Source: Phoronis australis (taxonomy: Eukaryota; Animalia; Phoronida). Taken from it: a stretch of 54,952 nt of DNA. This document shows positions 49,106-54,952 of the stretch, piece after piece. The stretch covers positions 1 to 54,952 of the forward strand of contig NMRA01000820.1 of NCBI GenBank assembly GCA_002633005.1, written 5' to 3'. Positions within the stretch are counted from its first letter, which is position 1. Each line of letters starts with the position of its first letter. Made by a program: the position numbers and the translations under genes. The notes beneath the pieces were generated by a model. It saw only the letters and a program-made list of their open reading frames with translations, had not been told where the DNA came from and did not search any database.

Positions 49106-52100
49106 GGCTCTTATAAACTGGTGATTGTCACGTGTCCTTAGGGGTGTTTTTTTGCATTTTTTGCCCTTATTTTTCTTAGTTCAGCTTGGTTTCCACTAGG
49201 AGTGAAAGGGTAAAAAATATAAGAGAGTACAAAGTTTCTGTGCTTATCTGTAAGGCTTGAGATGTGAAATGACTCAAAACTTTTCTTTATTTGCATGCAG
49301 TTTTTGACAGAGTGAAGAAAGGGTGAAGAGTCCATTGACGTGTGTTCTGATAGGCAAATCCCTGTGAGAACTTTTGCTCCTTTGTTATAGTAACCTCGCT
49401 TTCAGTTCATCTTTGTTCCGGCCACACTGTCGTACGTCCAAAAACTTATTCATTTTCCCACCCTCTACCTCCCAGTTTTCGTCATTCTCTCGTACTTCAA
49501 CGTGGCCGGCGCTTTTTTATTGCCCATCTTACCAGAGATTACCAATTATACGTTATTTACCTGTATTCATTATATTTTAATTGTACTAGTCATAATAAAT
49601 GACCTTATATCAATCATTTTTACTCTCTACATGAAAACACAGAACACCTGGGAACTTTTCTTTACGATCACATGTACCGAGTTACTCCGAAGATTTTATT
49701 TTCAGAGTTTTACCCCTTGGAGTAAACGCGAAACGCGAAGTATTGTAAGTTCTTATTTCAATGAGCTCGGAAGGCTCTAGCCTTGGTGCGAAGTTGTTTA
49801 CTAAATAAAATATACAACTTTGCCCCGATATGGGTAAAAAATGACCAAATAAAATGTTCCTTGAGTAATCTAAACTATTTACCGGCGTTTCAAAAATAAA
49901 ATTGGTTTTCTACCGTTATTCTGCAGCTAAAGTTATGGTGTGGTCTTTTGCGTCGGTTTTCGCCGCAATGAAATATTGCGTCACCTTTTAGCCAGTTTCT
50001 TTTTCCCAAATTCTTCAATCAAACGTTCTCGCTCGAGGTTGCGTAAACGTCATATAAGTGATCAGAATTGGTTTCACTTCATTGTAAGTTTTTAGAATTT
50101 TGATATCAGTAAACCGAATTTTAGAACAAATTTTGCGACGATTTTGTCATCATGTCATGGAAGATGTCGAAAAAAATCTGGAAGTGGCTCGTGTCACAAA
50201 TATACTCCTTTCAAGGCGACGACATCCCTTTCTTTGTTATAAAAGGCGGAGAATTACGCAAGAAAATGACGTTGGATATTTTTCTCTTAAACGGCTGTAA
50301 CGGGCAAGGTGAGGGTCAATTGACTCCCAGATTTTGCATGCACACCCGCCTCTCTTAAGCTCATGTTAATACCAGTTTCACAACGAGGTGACTTGTGTAA
50401 CTATCCGGACTGTGTGCAATTTCGAGGTCTGTCGGAGCTCAATACACAGGGCCGCGTTGTTGTAATTTGACGATAGTCTGTATACATCTAGCTGGCTAGA
50501 TAGGAGTGCTCCAACTTTTAAACAATTTTCTTACTCCGAAAGTGACAGCAAATTCAGAATGATGGATCATGGTTGATACTATAACCGGTCACATGCTTCC
50601 GTTTTCATGCTCCCATGATCTTAATGTCTGCGCTATGTTCAAACCGTTGTTTATGTTGCTCCTAAAATAAACTTTTGTTCTTTTGCTGCACCAACATATT
50701 AAGAAATTGTACAAAAATAAACAATAATTATCTGTGCGAAAGCGCATAATACAGCGTGATGAACAAGTGCAATAACGGATGACCGCAAATGCCTGCTACT
50801 TATTGAGCATTCCCCGGCATGAAAAAACTTGAGGTCTTAAAACATCCAGCGTTGTATTCTGATTTTTATGCAAATTTACTGTAACATTTCGAATTTCTTG
50901 ACTGTTGATACTTTTTATGCATAATGTATAAGAAGTCTCATATCTAGAGTTCGAAATTATGTTTCCGCGATATCATTTTATGTTTGATTTTACCACCCCG
51001 TCAGCAATTCAAGGTTGGTTTAATTTCACGCAATTCGTATTTGTAGATTGATTCGATCTTACCGACGTTCAATAGTTGAACAAAAATTGATGAACCGACG
51101 TCAAGACCCGCGGAGTGGCCACAGGTGAACGAACAGCGAACAGTTAAATGTTTGCATGGCCAAAGTTCACCCCCTAAGTCATGAAATGGTAATTGCCGAC
51201 CAAGGACACGCATAATTCAAATTGGTCGTCTTTGCTAGGCGATCACTTTGCCGACCCAAGTGCCGACCGCAGAGGCGACTCAGCAGACGGCACCTAACCG
51301 ACCGTTGTCGGTCGGCTACTTATCGGCTAGACGGCCGGTCGTCGACCAATTTCCGACCGGTCGGACAAAAATTCGTGATGTGTGCTCTATCTGATCACGT
51401 TTTCTACTTGTTGCACACCGTATTAAGTTTCGGAGTTGCCAAGACAACCGCCTGTGTGACGTAAATTTAAGAAAAAATGTCCCCATTAACTCCATTAAAT
51501 ATATATATTTGTCTTGACCTGTGCATTCGGGTCGAGTTCCCGACGTAACGGTTCTGCAATTTTGCTTCGATATCAATGCCTTTAGCTTGAACCTTTTCGA
51601 ATCAAATTTGCAAGCAACAACCGCCTTTTTAATGGGCATCTAATGTTAACCCTTCAGTGTTTGTGCAAATAAGTTTGTTTAAATGAAATTGGAGGCGTTA
51701 AGTTCTAGTGTTGTGCTATCAACAGCTATTGGCAAATTGCAATAGTTAACCAAATAGTACAATTGGTTGGTTCAGGTAAACGGACCCTCACAAATCTTGA
51801 AACCTGTGGCTCACTAATTAGAGAAAAAAAACACCGTCTCGCATCAAGTCAGCCATGTAATCAAACTTTTTTCAAAACCCCCCACACAAGCAAGTTTTTA
51901 GCGCCGTCTGGCTTTACCTAGCATGAATAATGTGCTTTCCCGCAAGCACAAGTCAATGCCACCAGTCCAACCCCCCTCTCACCATCCCCACCCCTGACAC
52001 GAACAGGAGCGCAGTACGCTTGGATTGGTTTGAATAAAAAGTGAAAATTCCACTTTCCTTTTGCGCTTCCTACACGGTGTTGACTTCCAGAAAACCAAAG

Positions 52101-52327
52101 CCCAGAATCCAGTATGCTTTTTGCACCATCCCTCGGTTGCTGGTGTCCTAGTAGCCGTTTCTTTCTGAATGACGACAAAAAGCATGTAAGTTACTGTCGC
52201 CGGCTATTCTCAACAGGGTGACCTGAATTTGAACCCTTATCAAATTGCCATTGCAGTGGCCTGTGACTTGCAGCAAATTACATTTTATTCAACGGTGAGC
52301 AGTCTTTGATATCGCAAATAAGTGTAG

Positions 52328-53506
52328 AGGAAACTGTAATTTTTGAAGGAAAATATATTACGTGAACCATGAAAACGTCGTTAAACAAATAATAGACGTG
52401 GGATGGAACTCATTTCATGGTAATAGCTGACTTCATGCATTAGGCTTCGAAACAACCATTTCCTTTATTGCTTTTACAGAACCAATAGTGTAGTATCAGT
52501 GAAGTCTGCCGGATTTGTTTTCGCCGCGCCTTAGAAGTACTGGTTACACGTGGCTAATTCCAATTATGACGAGAAATTACTTGCCTAGCATCAAAACAAG
52601 TATGACTTTTCCTTCTGGGCTTCACCCTGAAGTGTGAAAGACCAATCAGATCGAAACAGAATATTTTTGTGCTATTAAACACTATTTTGAGATCAAAATT
52701 TTAGATTTGCTTCTTGCCGGTAAGACCAGAACAACATAGTTGATTTTGGTCTGCGCTCGACTCAGTTTAACTCCTCAAAGCTGACGTCAGGTGTCACTGA
52801 GTAGAAAAGACAAAGAAGGACCTCGACCCATTCCAGCTGCCATTAGGTGACATTTTCTTTTGAAAATATCCGTATCTAGTGCAAAACATCATCACCGCAT
52901 CAACTTTCCACACACACAATGCAAGAGNAGGAAACTGTAATTTTTGAAGGAAAATATATTACGTGAACCATGAAAACGTCGTTAAACAAATAATAGACGT
53001 GGGATGGAACTCATTTCATGGTAATAGCTGACTTCATGCATTAGGCTTCGAAACAACCATTTCCTTTATTGCTTTTACAGAACCAATAGTGTAGTATCAG
53101 TGAAGTCTGCCGGATTTGTTTTCGCCGCGCCTTAGAAGTACTGGTTACGAGAAATTACTTGCCTAGCATCAGAACAAGTATGACTTTTCCTTCTGGGCTT
53201 CACCCTGAAGTGTGAAAGACCAATCAGATCGAAACAGAATATTTTTGTGCTATTAAACACTATTTTGAGATCAAAATTTTAGATTTGCTTCTTGTCGGTA
53301 AGGCCAGAACAACATAGTTGATTTTGGTCTGCGCTCGACTCAGTTTAACTCCTCAAAGCTGACGTCAGGTGTCACTGAGTAGAAAAGACAAAGAAGGTCC
53401 TCGACCCATTCCAGCTGCCATTAGGTGACATTTTCTTTTGAAAATATCCATGTCTAGTGCAAAACATCATCACCGCATCAACTTTCCACACACACAATGC
53501 AAGAGC
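52328..53506. repeat. Apparent duplication across the N at 52928 (52328-52927 vs 52929-53506): overlapping allelic contigs
   Basis: Near-identical copies abut the N; a few SNPs and a 22-bp indel. Confidence 0.85.
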
Positions 53507-54249
53507 CAATAATGTATTTTGGTCTAAGTTTACTTTTTTCGCGAAGCACACTTGTTTTCTGCTTCCGCCCGTAAACAAATGTATTGGACCTAATGCAAAA
53601 ACGTCAAAAGCAGAAATTCGACATTGGGTGAATGGTATATTTAATAGCGAAATGTACCAACATACGCATTGCAGTAGTGAAGTTGGGAAATGCATACATT
53701 TTAGGTTCCCATTTTAAGAGTTGACTTCCGTCACAACGTGCAAAAGCACCTAACGCTGCCAACGACAACTTGACAATAAAATGTAATGCTTTGCTCATTT
53801 TCGAAAATACTGTTTATGGCTGTTGAGTTCAACACAATTGGCGATAAACGAACTGTATACAGATTTCGTTCAGTAAGCACGGCATTTGCACACGTTTTTT
53901 AGAAATTAAAACAAACTGCTTAGCGCTAAGCCAAGCTCCTGGTGGGGGGATGGTGGTCTGGTAGTAGAGAAACGTAAGGGTCATTTTGTTACCCTGCTAA
54001 ACAGGCCAAGTGCAACTATAATTAAGTCATATGTTATTTTGACATTTCAACATTTTATTTGTACTAGATGTTTACGTATGTAACATGTAATAATTCTTGA
54101 TATTTACCTGTCAGCCACTTGTTCTTCTGGTATTATACATTTAAATTCATATGTGTAAGGACAGTCCTGTATACAGATCGCCGTCCATTTCTTGGTAAAT
54201 TTGAATAGTTAAATGCGAAGTTACGTATATTGATATTAGCTTTAAACGC

Positions 54250-54900
54250 TCTGATGTCATTGGCGCCAGTCCTGTCCTTAGGTGGATAGTCTCCGTCCTC
54301 AGCCGTTTCGGCGCTGTCCACAACGACCTTTGGAGGTGCGCCAACCGAGTTGATCAGGCTCGGTCCAGGACTGTATGGCTCGTCTCGTCTCTACTACTGC
54401 GTCACTGCTGTAGCATCAGGAGCCTGCCCACTTCCCCTAATCTTCTTGCACCACTATTCGTTCCTCTTCTTCCATATCCACTGCGACGCCCTCTCCGCTC
54501 GCTCGCTTATAACACCGATGACCTTCCTCCTTTCCTTTCTTATCACCCCTAATTCACGTAATGCCCTCCATACTGACTGCGCAGCAAATCCCCAGTATCC
54601 AACTTCAACTGGCCAGTACCATACTCTCCACCCCCTAATTCGGCATTCTTCTCACAACAGTTGATATTTCTCTTTCTTCCTTTCATGTGCTCCGCTCTTC
54701 CCATGGCACTCTCAGCTCCAGCAATATTACCTCCTTCGTTGCCGGTGACCACATCACGATGTTTGGCCTCCGCTATCTCATTTGGGAAGGTCATCCTTCG
54801 GTAGAGGTCGATGTTCATTTCCCAGTCCTTCGCCATGTTCAGTACACCTCCTACTCCTGTCAGTCCCCGAGTCTGTTTTTAGTGCCCACCTCCCCATCAA
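54250..54900 (-). mobile_element. Degenerate RLE-type non-LTR retrotransposon 3' end (HERO/R2-like)
   Basis: Minus-strand fragments AKDWEMNIDL..FP, LELRVPWEER, HERKKEKYQ, CRIRGWRVWYWPVEVGYWGFAAQS and AERASQWIWKKR match the restriction-like endonuclease C-terminus, with stops and frameshifts, followed by a 3' UTR. Confidence 0.8.
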
Positions 54901-54952
54901 CCAAACCATTCTAAGGATGATTTTGAAAATTGGCGTTTATGTTCTCAGTGTG

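Larger units (their letters stand above)
47396..51386. mobile_element. Non-autonomous/degenerate DNA transposon of about 4.0 kb with 33-bp perfect TIRs (possibly PIF/Harbinger-type)
   Basis: AGCACACATCACGAATTTTTGTCCGACCGGTCG at 47396-47428 and its exact reverse complement at 51354-51386, with further imperfect inverted similarity inward. No intact transposase. Confidence 0.75.

Noticed and set aside
53372-53798. Overlapping 64-107 aa ORFs
   Set aside because: No recognisable family motifs or consistent splice sites.
54270-54330. Hammerhead ribozyme (GAAAC and CTGAGGA on the minus strand)
   Set aside because: The two core elements are only about 2 nt apart, leaving no room for stems I/III or the cleavage triplet.

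Overview
Eukaryotic (invertebrate metazoan, probably bilaterian) draft-assembly window with three spliced protein-coding genes that I reconstructed exon by exon from GT-AG junctions and reading-frame continuity. (1) OSER1 on + (3 coding exons, 6012-7949, 288 aa). (2) A PAP2/lipid-phosphate-phosphatase (PLPP-like) gene on - (6 exons, 17760-10932, 300 aa) with a non-canonical C2 motif (PSSH). (3) A very large apolipophorin/apoB-like large lipid transfer protein gene on - (30 exons, 46912-21655, about 4555 aa). It has a signal peptide, LLT/vitellogenin-N domain, RKRR furin site, a 6360-bp exon of about 25 TPFE-anchored beta repeats, a helical region, VWD-C8 and a VWA-like C-terminus. Its proximal promoter has TATA/Inr and an HNF4-type CAAAGTCCA site. 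The rest is TE-rich: a Penelope-like relic with inverted pseudo-LTRs, a Helentron/HINE-like element carrying phased CTCF-like motifs and inserted inside a 3' splice site, a 4-kb TIR element with a nested 9-bp-TSD MITE, other MITEs, tRNA-derived SINE heads, LINE 3' tails and an RLE (HERO/R2-like) retrotransposon relic. Three of the four single-N gaps join overlapping allelic contigs (assembly artefacts). Most ORFs in the supplied track are antisense shadows, intron read-throughs or noise. All family assignments are by eye from remembered motifs, not from database searches.
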